Shown: positions 12,556 to 23,600 of the stretch, one piece after another | Layout of the letters: the number at the start of each line of letters is the position of its first letter | How positions within the stretch are numbered: position 1 is the stretch's first letter | Source: Camelus dromedarius | Lineage: Eukaryota | Assembly: GCF_036321535.1 (NCBI RefSeq) | Contig: NC_087442.1 | Span: 73,594,001-73,658,000 of the forward strand | Direction: 5' to 3' | Length of the DNA stretch: 64,000 nt | Translations under genes and position numbers: made by a program | Notes under the pieces: generated by a model | What the model saw: only the letters and a program-made list of their open reading frames with translations | Told to the model about the DNA's origin: nothing | Databases searched by the model: none

Positions 12556-12749
12556 AATTTAAATGACTAATTCTTTAAATAAGAAACAAATCATGCTAAA
12601 TAATGAAACTAGGATGAGAACACCTAGTAATGTTCCTATTTTTTCCTTGATGACTATTTTGAAGTTCCCCCTCCTTTCTTGTAATATACTAAAAATCAAA
12701 TTCTTTCTCCTGTGCTTTCTGCTATGCTTGGTCTATTGGTTAATGCAGC

Positions 12750-12940
12750 AATAATGGCACAGAATTGTCCCGCTAGAAGTTCAGTCTAGTGAGGGAAACA
12801 CAAGTGTTAAAATTATAGTGCAGTAAGAATGACACATAACTAAAACATTTACAGCACAAAAATAGAGAAAATGGCAAATATTGCCTAGAGAATTAAGACA
12901 AGAAATCTGGGAGAAGAGAAAGCATTTGAAAGAGAGATGT
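12750..12940 (-). mobile_element. L2 3' fragment
   Basis: gaagttcagtctagtgaggga...gcatttgaaaga. Confidence 0.5.
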
Positions 12941-14099
12941 ATGTATTATCAAATAGAACTTAAACAGGACATAATTAATTTTGAATTAATGTTATTATTC
13001 TGTTTACATTGATATTTAATGTGAAAATATGAATAATGGATTAAATTTGGAGCAAGGCATGATTTTATTATTTAAACATTATTTTTCATGTAGCCTATTA
13101 TTACATTGTCATGTTAAGTTTATGTATTGAATCTGCCTGTCTCATGGTAGAAGAATTCCCACTGGAATTATTCATCCTGTGAAATGAGCAAAGCATTTCT
13201 GGATGTACAGTCCTGGCAGTGCTTCCTCTTCTGTTTATTTAGTGACTTCATTCACTTGGAACAATATACCCCCACTAAAAATTCAGCCACTTGGATTTAT
13301 CTTCCACATTTATTTCAGGGAAAGGAAGATGACAGTATTTATAGTAGTTTCTTCTCTTTCTCTTACCTGAATGATCATTCGGATACCTTTGTTGAGTCTA
13401 GAACACATCCTCATAGAAGGATGTTTTAGACAACTCATCTCCAATCTGCAGATTGTGAAAATAGCATAGATAACTGTTTTTTTTTTTTTCGATGCTGAAT
13501 CTATCAAAGTTGTCAATTAGTAGTCACTCTACTTCAAATAGATTAGCTTTATGTTCTGTAAAAAAATAAGACACGGGCACACACATACAACATTCTCCTT
13601 AAAAAAAAAAAACAACACTTTTAAATGATTTCTATGAAACCAAAATTACTAATCTAGCCTAAAGTATGATTAATAGGAAGAAATTATATAGCTGTAGTCA
13701 ACGCTACAATCCTGCCTTTTATCTTTAAGAAATATATTGGTGAAAGATCATTCAGACTTTTGAGAACTGCTTTAATTCGCTACTAGTCATTTATGCAGGT
13801 TCCCTTTATGACTTAGAAATACAAATTTTTGAAAGCTAAAACTTCTCATTGCTGTTTTAACCACACTGTTCTGTGCTGCCTATGGAATATGGTAGGCTTG
13901 ACCTCGAATGTTAGAGATTGTCTTTCCCAGCCTCCTCGTTCTTTCTTGGTCTACTTGACATGCTTCTCCGCCATTAGACCCAATATTTCTCCTGTGTGCT
14001 CTGACCGAAAACTCCACCTCACTAGCACCTTGCCTTGCCTGTCCTGCCCTTCTCTGCAACTTCTCTGATTCTTGAATTTTCAGTCTGAACTAATAACAT

Positions 14100-15130
14100 G
14101 TTTATGGACCTCATTTCTCAAACTAGAACCTAAACACTGGTTCCCAAAATTCCCCCTTCTCTCTTAATCCCATACTCAGTCAGCTTTGACAATTCCTCTT
14201 CAGAAATCCTCTCCTTTCTTAGCTTCTGCCTTTAGCTTAAATCAGGACCTCATTCTTACCTCAATCAACCTGTAACTCTACCTCCAGAATTGTCTTTTTA
14301 AATAAAGAACCGATCAGGCATTTCCCTCATAAACCTCTCAGGATGACAGAGGATTATAAAACAGACAAAACAATCCCTTAGTTTGGAATACAATGTATTC
14401 CACCATGAAATCCCAGGTTACCTTTGCAGCCTTACATGGCGCTAATTTCATCCCACGTACTTTGAACTCTCTCAGCTTCCCTTTCGTGAAACCTGTCTAC
14501 TTGAGTATGAAGCCCGCATAAGCTTCGTGAATTGTACCTGCGCTTTATTGTAAATCATTCATGTCAGACAATTTCATACTTCTCTTCACCACCGGTCCCT
14601 AGCTGCATTTCTTCCTGATTCCATGATTTTTATTCTAGTTCCCTCCTCCTCATCTTCCTCCCTTAGAACCAGTTCTTGTGCTTCTTCTTCATCTTTGAGT
14701 TCTGGCTTCTCTTCTTCCTCTTGGTCATTCTAGTATCTAGCTTTCATATAAATCCCTCCTCCAGAACTCCCAGGATACTTCACCTCAACACAGATTTTCA
14801 CAGTTATCATCATCCCCAGATTAATACTCATCCTGCAAGTGAAACCCAGACCATGCCTTGACTTTGCACATGGTAGAAGGAACGCCTCTCCTGGGAATTC
14901 CTTTCCCGCCTTTTTAACTTGCCAGATTCCTACTCACAACACAGGTCACATGTGCATTCTTCTGTGACACCTCCCCTGAGTCTTTCAGATAGTAATTCGC
15001 CATATTTCTTATGTATGTGCTCCCAGCACATCTGACCACATATCCTATGTAGCACCTACCCTTTTTATTGTAAAATACCTGGTTCTCCTAGTAGATGTTG
15101 AGCTTCTTGTGGACAAGACTGATATCTTAA
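14100..15130 (+). mobile_element. L2c fragment interrupted by a ~350-bp unidentified insertion (14494-14846)
   Basis: L2 motifs lie before (cacgtactttgaactctctcagcttccc) and after (ccatgccttgactttgcacatgg...tagatgttgagcttcttgtggacaagact) the insert, in consensus order. Confidence 0.7.
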
Positions 15131-15394
15131 TGAAGTGTGGATATTTTAAATCTCCCTTAAATCCTTTTAACATAATGGAGGTAGTGAGGGAGGAAGAGAC
15201 TTGTGTTAGTATAGAACATGGCTTTCAATTTTTTTTTACCCAAACCCACAATAAGGAATACATTTTACACCAAGAACTCAATACCCAAACACACACGCAT
15301 ATACACAAACTGATATAAAAGAGTTTTGCAATCCTTGGTTTACTAATGTAGTCCACTCTATTTTATTGTTTTAACATTTATATCGAGCTACTAC

Positions 15395-15578
15395 TAGGTT
15401 GATTTTTAAGAGCAGCAATATGTTGGAATCACTCAGGGGTCTTTAAAAAAAAACTGTATCAATGCCTGAGTTCCAGCCCCAGAAATTCTGATTTAATTCA
15501 TGTGAGATGTGACCTGGACTTAGACATTTTTAACAGCTGTCCAAGTATTTTAAACTACAAGCTAGGGTGTGAACTGCA
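15395..15578. mobile_element. MER5B-like hAT MITE
   Basis: gaatcactcaggggtctttaaaaa...ccccagaaattctgatttaattcatgtgagatgtgacctgg. Confidence 0.75.
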
Positions 15579-15702
15579 GGACTGGAACATTGTTACTCAA
15601 ACTATGACCCATGAACCCAGGGCATTGGCATCACCTGAGAATTTGTCAGAAATGCAGAATCTTGGACTTCATCCTATATGTCCTGATCAGAAACTGCATT
15701 TT

Positions 15703-15885
15703 TTCTTGTAAATCTTATGAAAATAAACTGTATATATTTAAGGTGTACAACATGATGTTTTGCTGTATGTATTTGTATATTAAAATAATTCATATATATA
15801 GTGATATATGAATTGATTATTACAGTCAAGATAATTAACACATTCTCTCCAATATAGCTTTTTTTTTTTTTTTTGGTGCTTTCTT
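15703..15885 (-). mobile_element. L1MA9/L1MB1-like 3' terminus
   Basis: tgtatatatttaaggtgtacaacatgatgttttg...cagtcaagataattaacac. Confidence 0.8.
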
Positions 15886-16121
15886 GTAGGTTCCAGTATT
15901 TTTTTAAAGTATTTGAAATTCAAGGTCAAAATTTTACTAAAGTGTGGGTACACTAGAAATGGAGCATATTTTAACAATAAAAACAACATACTGTTGATTT
16001 GAAAGTGTAATATAAAAGAAAAAAGCTTATTTAGGGCTTTATATTTTTGACTAATAGTAATAACATAATCTACATTTTAAAAGGAAATATTTTTATCTTT
16101 TAAAAATACACCATTTTCCCC

Positions 16122-16680
16122 ATTTACTTTTTATAAATTGAGATAAAATTTACACAGAGGGAAATGCACATTATTTGAACATGCAATCTGACCTGTCTAA
16201 AGAAATGTATATACCCATATAAGAACACCAAAGTCAAGATATTAAATATTTCCCTCCTCCCACACAGTGTTCTTGTGCCCCCTTACAGGCAATCTGAATC
16301 CCACATAGGCAAATCCTGCTGATTTTGATCGCCATAGATTAGATCTGCCTGGTCTGGAACTACTTAGCAATAGAATCTAAATATATAAATGAGGAAGAGG
16401 GTATAGCTCGGTGGTAGAGTACACGCTTAGTGTGCATAAGGTCCTGGTTTCGATCCCCAAGACCTCCGTTAAAAATAAATAAATAAATAAATCTCTTCCC
16501 CCAACCCTGAAAAAGAAAGAAAATGAATATATATATATACACACACAAACACATACATATAAATGTATCTATATTGTATGTGTCACTATTTTATTATTTC
16601 ATAACGCTGAGTAATATTCCATCATATGATTATGTATATTATGAATAAAGCTGTTATAAACATTCTTGTTCATGTAAAAA
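16122..16680 (-). mobile_element. L1MB-type 3' UTR fragment hosting the Vic-1 SINE
   Basis: ttataaattgagataaaatttacacagagggaaatgcac...gctgagtaatattcc...tatgaataaagctgttataaacattcttg. Confidence 0.75.
16391..16525 (+). mobile_element. Camelid tRNA-derived SINE (Vic-1 type)
   Basis: GAGGGTATAGCTCGGTGGTAGAGTACACGCTTAGTGTGCATAAGGTCCTGGTTTCGATCCCCAAGACCTCC followed by (AAAT)n, a C-rich stretch and an A-rich tail. Confidence 0.9.
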
Positions 16681-16769
16681 AGAAAAGAAACTGCATTTTA
16701 ACAAGCTCTCCAGGTGATTTGTAAGCACATTAAAGTTTAGAAGGCACCGCTCAGCTTAGAGTACAGGGA

Positions 16770-16990
16770 GGCGGTTAAACATAATGGTTAGAAGTGCAGG
16801 CTGTGATGCCCATGGGCAAGTTGCTAACCTCTCCATGCTTCGGTTTCCCCATCTCCCAAACAAGCACATAACAGTATTATTTCCAGCAACAGTGAAAGTA
16901 ATCTTTCCAAAGGGTTCCTCTGAGGGTTAAAGCAGATCATTCATATTAAAGTTTTTGCACCTTGCCTGGCACGTAGCCTGGCACATAACT
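16770..16990 (+). mobile_element. MIR SINE
   Basis: gggcaagttgctaacctctccatgcttcggtttccccatct. Confidence 0.75.
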
Positions 16991-18436
16991 TGGATAAAAT
17001 AAGCTTCATCTATTTTAATTATCCCCAGTGCCAGCAGAATGACTGGCCAGTAGTAAGCATTCAGAAAGTGTGCTGTTCACTTACTGAAATAGAGACTCAG
17101 AGAGGCAAAATAATTCACCAAAATTATGTAACTTGTTTACCAAAAAACCTAAGAATTCAAAAGAGTTCTAAGAATAGATTAAGATTTCTTTAGATGCCTA
17201 AACCAGTCTGTCTGCCCCATGGCTAACAGTTTCTAATTTGCAAGGTTTGGGTACTTATTGGAGTGCAAGTTTCACTAAGTATCTCTGTGTAAATTCATGC
17301 ACTGAAATACTGGTTTCAGTGAGTTCATTTCTCCGTGGCTCATTAAAGCTATCTTGGAAGTTGTCAGAGTTCCTTGCAGGCTATGACACCATTTAGAGGG
17401 TCCACAGCCAGTTGGCCAAAACTTGTTTATCCTCCAACATCTGCCCATATCTATTCTGATTTGAACTGTAAAGTGTGCTTTTTAAAATTGTAAATCATTT
17501 TAATCTTAGTGTGTATTTTCTGCACTTATTTTTGGAGTGTAATTCAGCACATGATTTTTCCCAGAGAAATTACTGGTCATCAACTCAAGCAATAATAGCT
17601 TTGGAGAGAGTAGGAGGGGAGAGAGGAAGATCCTTTTACCATACAGTCAAGGTCCCTTGGTTAATGGACACACCAGTGGTTGATTTTGCTCCCTTTTTGG
17701 TGATGAGCAGCTGCATTTCTCCGCTGATGACCAAACCACAATTGGAGTGAAAGTAGAACCTATGTCCTGTAGTTAACTATCTACTCCATAGCTCAGTGGA
17801 TGGTATTATTCCCTTTTGCCTGAAAAGTCATGTTTGAATCATCTGGGGAAAGAATATATAAAGAGTATATACTGCTTCAGAAGATCAGCTGAATGCTGAT
17901 AAATACATTTCATTGACTTCTGACCAAATAAACATGACCAGCTTCTCCAGACAGAAAATGAAGGATTCTCAGGAAAAGATGAACTGCACTCTCCTTGGCC
18001 CAAACACGGATGGAGGGGAGCAGGGAGAAATGGAGACGTGAATAAAGGTGTATTTGTCGGAAGTTCCCAGGGATAGAGCAGCCTAGATTGGATAGCGAGT
18101 TAAGAATAAAACTGCACAGTTCCCTAATTCCTTTAAAATAGAATTGGCTATTTTTCAGTTTTAAAATGTCAAAAGAGAACTAGAAATTGGCTCTTAAAAA
18201 GTACATTTAGTCAGCAAGAGAGTCCAGGCTGCACATCAGGCTTAAAACTGCAGCAGCTAGGTGAATTATATCCTGAATTAAATGACCCTCAGGGCATCTT
18301 AGCTGCAGCTAGGAAAGGAAAGAGAGAAGCCAGGTGGGAACTGATGAACCCAAATTGATAGGCATGAGCCAGCAGAAAGGAGCCTGACCCATGGTCCCTT
18401 GTGCAGATCCCTCTGGGTGGGGAGAAAGTCAGTCAC

Positions 18437-18462
18437 TGTGTGTGTGTGTGTGTGTGTGTGTG
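18437..18462. repeat. (TG)13 microsatellite
   Basis: Directly visible. Confidence 0.97.
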
Positions 18463-19214
18463 TACATCCAGAGTGTTGCTTCCCATCGATGCTACAGTTA
18501 TAGTTTAAGTGATTACAGTAACAATTCAGAGGAAATTTTGCTCCGTTGGCTCCAGTGGCAGGAGCTGTCATTAACCGAAAGAGACAGTGCTTAACTACTA
18601 TCAATAGGGAGATTAAAAACTGAAAAGCCTAGACTCGCCTCACATAGGACACCTGAAGGAGTCATCAAACCCAACAGTAGTCTTAAACATCAGCTGAAAA
18701 GTGGTGAGTCTGCAGGCTTCAGAGTGGCTTCTGGGAGAGCTGAGAACTTAAGCTGGAAGCAGAAAGCTCTCCGGGGCAGGGCAGTCTACCAATGCCCAGG
18801 GGAGTGTCCTAGGCGATTTGGAAAAGCATCATGGTGCTGCAGGAGCAGGTAGTGGATGTGACTGGGGGCAGCTGTCTCCTTTGGGGAGAAGAAAATTGCT
18901 CCTCTAGTTAAACCCAAGGCCCATCGCCCTATGATCCACCCGAGAATACCCACTTCACAAAGACAAATCAGTGGGTACTGAGGGAGGTGGTGGTTAATGG
19001 TAGGTACCAAATATGCATCTATGTACTTTAGAGTTAAAGCCAGGAAAGGACTTAGGGAAGAGCCACTGAACTTCAGCTTTTTCAGTTTATAACATATTGT
19101 CTATAATGGACCTTCAAAGTGTGGGGACCTCTATTTCAGAATTCCTGAAAGAGGATCATCCCACCTCAGCTCAAGTACATCTAATGATGAGGAAGTGAAG
19201 GCTGAAGAGAAATA

Positions 19215-19415
19215 TATATTTATTGAGTGCTTGCTGTGTGTCAACATAACAGTGTTGTTTAATCCTTATAAGAGTCCTGTGAGATACGGGTATTGTTCTC
19301 TCTATTTACACAGGTTAGAAAGGTTTGACTGAGACCCTAAATAACTTCGAGGGGCACCCAGCAGTAAGGGGAAGAGCCAGGCATGTAGGACTCCTAAGTC
19401 CATCCCTTAAAGCCT
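19215..19415 (-). mobile_element. MIR SINE
   Basis: atttattgagtgcttgctgtgtgtc...tttaatccttataagagtcctgtgagatacgggtattgttc. Confidence 0.7.
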
Positions 19416-19419
19416 TGCC

Positions 19420-19580
19420 ACACAGTGTGGAGGGTATGGACCACAGAAATGGCATCTCTGGAACTTAGTAATGCAGAATCTCAAGTCCCACCCCAGACTG
19501 ACTGGATCAGGGATTGCTTTGTAACAATTTTTTAACATATGATTGATTTATAGGCACACTGAAGTAGAGCAGCACCGCTC
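19420..19580. mobile_element. MER5A1-like MITE
   Basis: aatgcagaatctcaagtcccaccccagactgactggatcag. Confidence 0.7.
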
Positions 19581-20054
19581 TAAAGCTCTGAAGCCCGGTG
19601 TCTTCCCTCCACCCCGTCAGTGAGGTGGCTCGTCCCGTAACTGCAGAGCCATAACTGCTAAAGGTTCTTCCTTAAATTGAATCAAAATCTCCTTCCTTGT
19701 AACCTTTACCTGACGTCCTTCAGGGAGTCATCAGGTGTCTTGTTTTCTATTCCTTTTCATTTTTTAAAAATCTAAACTCAACTCAGTATTTATACCTATT
19801 AAATTTCATCTGTTGGTTTCAGTCTGCATTTTCAGCCAAAGTTCCTTTCGAGTCTTGATTCCTGTCTCCCAGATTTATGATTTACATATCTAATGGGCAT
19901 AGTTTCTTGTTATTCATTCAAGTATGCTCTGTCAGTATGTTTTAATTCTATATGTACACACACGTATGCTAAATATGCAGTTACTCATAGAGTCCCAATG
20001 GCATGGTGACATTAATCCATTTATCAGATTATGTGGGTTCTGCTAATTCCAAAC

Positions 20055-20445
20055 ACTATAAATGGTGGTTGCCAGGCCCTAGAGGAGGGTGAAAAGGGGC
20101 GATATTAGTCAGAGCATAGAAAATTTCACCTGTACAAGATGAATAAATTTTATCCATCTACAGTAGAGCATGGAGCCTATAGGTAACAATACTGTGAATA
20201 CTGTGAAATTTACTAAAAGAGCAGAACTTATGTTAAATGTTCTTATCACAAAAATAATAATAAATGATTTTCTGTACACAATAATAAAGAGGAAGCTTCT
20301 GGAGATGATGGATACAGATATGGCATAGACTGTGGTGATGGTTTCACAGATACACACTCATCTCCAGACGCATCAAGTTGTATACATTAAATATATAAAG
20401 CTCTTTGTATGTCATTCATATCTCAATAAAGTAGTTTGAGAAAAA
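20055..20445 (+). mobile_element. L1MA10/L1MB2-like 3' end
   Basis: atggtggttgccagg...ggtaacaatactgtg...gtatgtcattcatatctcaataaagtagttt. Confidence 0.88.
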
Positions 20446-21205
20446 CTATAAATTATCTGAGGTACTTCCTAGGCCTATTTCTCTAACTTAACTCCATCAA
20501 GGGTTTTTTGTTAAATGTCTTGCTAAACTCAAAATGCTCTATGTCTATGGAACTGCCCTAATAACCTTATATCATAGAGGGAAGTAAGGTTAAGAATGAT
20601 TAATTTTAGTCAACCCATGCTGGCTTCTAGTAATTAGCTATTTCTTTTCAAAGTGCTCATGAACAATTTTTCCAATACTGTGTTTCTAAAAGAGTAACAA
20701 GTCTTATTTACCTGCTTGTAGTTTCTAGAAACATTTTCTCCTTTATAAAAATAGGCCACTTGTTTGGCTTTTATGTTCCAAGATTTCTCCCATTCACTCT
20801 CGGTTCTTAAAGAATTTGCACTGTGAGTTCTCTCAAGAGTTTAAACTTGGAATACTTTGAATCAGAAGATATGGGTGCAGTACAGTTAAACAATGGGCTT
20901 AATTGCTTTGGGCAACAATAACTTCACCTGTTCTATACAATAGACATAATAATCTTCCCGATAAGGAATAGCATGTGGGAAAGTATTACAATAACTATGA
21001 AGTGTGTGTAGTACTATTGATGGTGTTAGAAAAACTTCAGAACATAATCATTGTCCTGGAGACTGCAAACTCATTTCATGGTTGCTGCTTTCTTACTTTA
21101 ATTTCCCCTGTCCTGTTTATGATACCACCTGGAGTCTCTATACCAAATTATTTCCAAAAGCTGATGAGGCAATGCTGTTTATCTTGCCATGACCTTCCTT
21201 TAGGA

Positions 21206-21400
21206 CAAAGGTTGGCAAACTGTGACACGTGGGCAAATGTGGTCCACTGCCCGTTTTTGTAAATAAAGCTTTATTGGCTAATAAAGCTTTGACTAATTTT
21301 GTGCTACAGTGGCAGAGCTGAGTAGTTGCTACAGAGATATGTACCACATAAAATAAAAAATATTTACTGTCTGGTCTTTTCCAAAGTTTGCTGACCCCTA
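21206..21400. mobile_element. MER58A hAT MITE
   Basis: Termini caaaggttggcaaac...agtttgctgacccct, with internal tttttgtaaataaagctttattgg. Confidence 0.9.
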
Positions 21401-22577
21401 ATTTAGACTACAAGCTTTGGAAAAGAGGATCTTTGTGGATATATAATTTTTTGTACACATTCCTGACTCAGTGCTTGACTAGGTAGGAATAAATAAATAA
21501 TAGGAATCTTAGAAATACTCATTTTTGAATAAGCCCTTTAACAGGATTTTGTGACCTAAATGAAATCTCATTTTAAAACAATGCAAAATGATTTGATCAC
21601 CCTGGATTTAGCTAGAAAATCCTGTTGATTTTTTTTTTAAAAAAAGAAAAATCCATTATGCTTCTCCTTGATTTTTCAACCTTAATTAAGTCCCAGATAT
21701 TAAACAAAAATGTGTATTTTTTGATGATTTGATGTTCATGACAAACTGAGCATCAAATCCTATTGTCCAGCAAAGTAGATATCAGTGGAAATAATGTAGA
21801 AGGTTAGGATGAATCCCATCTTTAACTTAAGATATGCTCTGGATTTCCTTTGAAAATAATTTTCCTAGCCCAATGTGTTTTCATAATATTTGAATATTCT
21901 AAAATTTAAGTATAGAGAAAAAGTTCTCCAAAAGAAAGAGTCTCAAGAGTCAAAGTTTGAAACCACTTTGTTTGCTGGGGCTTTTTCAATAAAAAAAAAA
22001 ATTCAGGACAAAGTACATGTTATTCTGTACGACAGTCTGTTAATTGTTTCCAAGAGAATAATAACAACCCATCCTTGAAAAGAATGGCTGGCAATGGAAT
22101 TAGCTCTAGAGACTTTCAGAAAGTGTTTGCCAAGAAACAAGGTCAGTTTGATAATATGTCAAACACATCCTTTATTAACCTGAATAAATAAAATATACCT
22201 ATAAATTATGAAGTACATGGCAGCTGAGTAGCCTGACCACTGTTTTTAAATGTTCTCATTAGCATTTCATGCCTGTAATAAATGACCTTAAATCTTGTGC
22301 CTCTCTGAAAGGATATTTTAAGTTTCATAAAAGCAATAACCTCCAGATTGAGTGGGAGAGAACAGCTATGAAATTCTTTTACAGAATCATGATCTAGCTT
22401 GAGTTTTACAGGTAACTGATTAAATCATGGGTCAGAGTTTCTATGGAATACATGACTATGCCAAAGTGGTTATTGCTGTAGTTTGTAGTATCTGTAATTG
22501 ACCTAAAAACAATAAATCTGTTCCAGCAAAGCAGACCCAAAGACCTCAGGTAAAGTGATATTTTAAAAGCCAATGAC

Positions 22578-22659
22578 CAAAAACTAACACAACATTGTAA
22601 ATCAAATATACTTCAATAAAAAATTTTAAAAATAAAATAACTCTTTTCTGCAAAAAAAA
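22578..22659 (+). mobile_element. Extremely 5'-truncated camelid-type L1 tail with TSD and short extra 3' sequence
   Basis: aactaacacaacattgtaaatcaaatatacttcaataaaaaa. TSD AAAAG(C/G)CAATGAC at 22565-22577 and 22660-22672. Confidence 0.85.
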
Positions 22660-23299
22660 AAAAGGCAATGACTATTCTAATTCATGTTAGTGGAACAAAT
22701 AGGGGAAATGAAGAAAAATACAACCTTTTCTGTTTGCTATAACTCAAGAATAATTATTTTTTACCTTTCACCTAAAGATAACCAGATGCTTAACCCAACA
22801 TTAGATAAATTCCTTTTCCTTGATGCCACAATAGGATAAATGTGTAACATTTAACAGATGAGTAAATTAAGATTGTGTCTAAAACAGTGAGAGAGAACAA
22901 GAGAATTTACATACAGGTACACACACAGTATACAGCCCGCTGTGTCACAAAGTGGTAGACATACATATTAGTTTGTCTGCTTGTTTTCCCCTCTAGGGTC
23001 ACAAAAAAAAGAGGATATTCTTTCTTCATTCAGAAGCTAAAATTGTAGCTAAACTTTCATTCATATCCTCTGATCCTTATCTAATATCTTTTAAGTATTT
23101 TTTCCCACGTCCTCCTCCTCTACTCTCTCCCGGCTGCCTTCTCCTTTCAGTTACTTTTCTATGTATCTCCTGCTTTTCCTATCAGACTTCTTAGTAGTAG
23201 GTAGACAACCACTGCTTCCATTTTCTAACTACTCCCTCTCTCTCCAATTTCCTCTACACTCAATAGCCTACTGACACTAAACTTGGAAATGTCCCTGGG

Positions 23300-23490
23300 C
23301 TGCACCCACTTGGTGAAATCAATGGCCACTCCCCATCCCAGTGTTCTGTTCTTGCCACGTTAGAAACAGGTGGCCAGCCCCTCTTCAAAAGCCATCCTTC
23401 TCTGGCACCAACAGCTAAGGCTCTGCTCCACTATCTCTCCCTCTTCCTGTCTCCTTCATTGGCTTCTCTTCCCTGGGAGAACCCCTCCCT
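23300..23490 (+). mobile_element. L2 ORF2 fragment
   Basis: gtgaaatcaatggccact...ctgtctccttcattggcttctcttcc. Confidence 0.55.
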
Positions 23491-23559
23491 AGCTAACACG
23501 GTTCCCCAAAACTTGCAGCATGTTCAACAGCTCTTCTTTGGACAGCTCATGTTTTCTTA

Positions 23560-23600
23560 AAATGTTTACATTCAGCAAATGTTTACATTCAGCAAATGTT
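23560..23600. repeat. Perfect 17-bp tandem duplication (AAATGTTTACATTCAGC x2.4) at an L2 3' terminus
   Basis: Directly visible. Confidence 0.9.

Larger units (their letters stand above)
15585..16750. mobile_element. MER5A1 MITE split in two (15585-15702 and 16686-16750) by a retroposed insertion
   Basis: ggcatcacctgagaatttgtcagaaatgcagaatc...cagaaactgcatttt | aacaagctctccaggtgatttgtaagcacattaaagttt. AGAAACTGCATTTT is duplicated at 15689-15702 and 16686-16699. Confidence 0.85.

Noticed and set aside
14560-14610. Assignment of the 14.5-kb insert to a CLK-family kinase or U2AF1-type retrocopy
   Set aside because: There is only short local resemblance (e.g. TATGAAATTGT), and the flanking residues do not align with the recalled proteins. 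It is left unidentified.
16391-16475. Possible tRNA-Ala gene (also the copy at 38640-38720)
   Set aside because: The tRNA-like head continues into the SINE-specific (AAAT)n, C-rich and A tail, and the 38.6-kb copy has a TSD. These are SINE copies.
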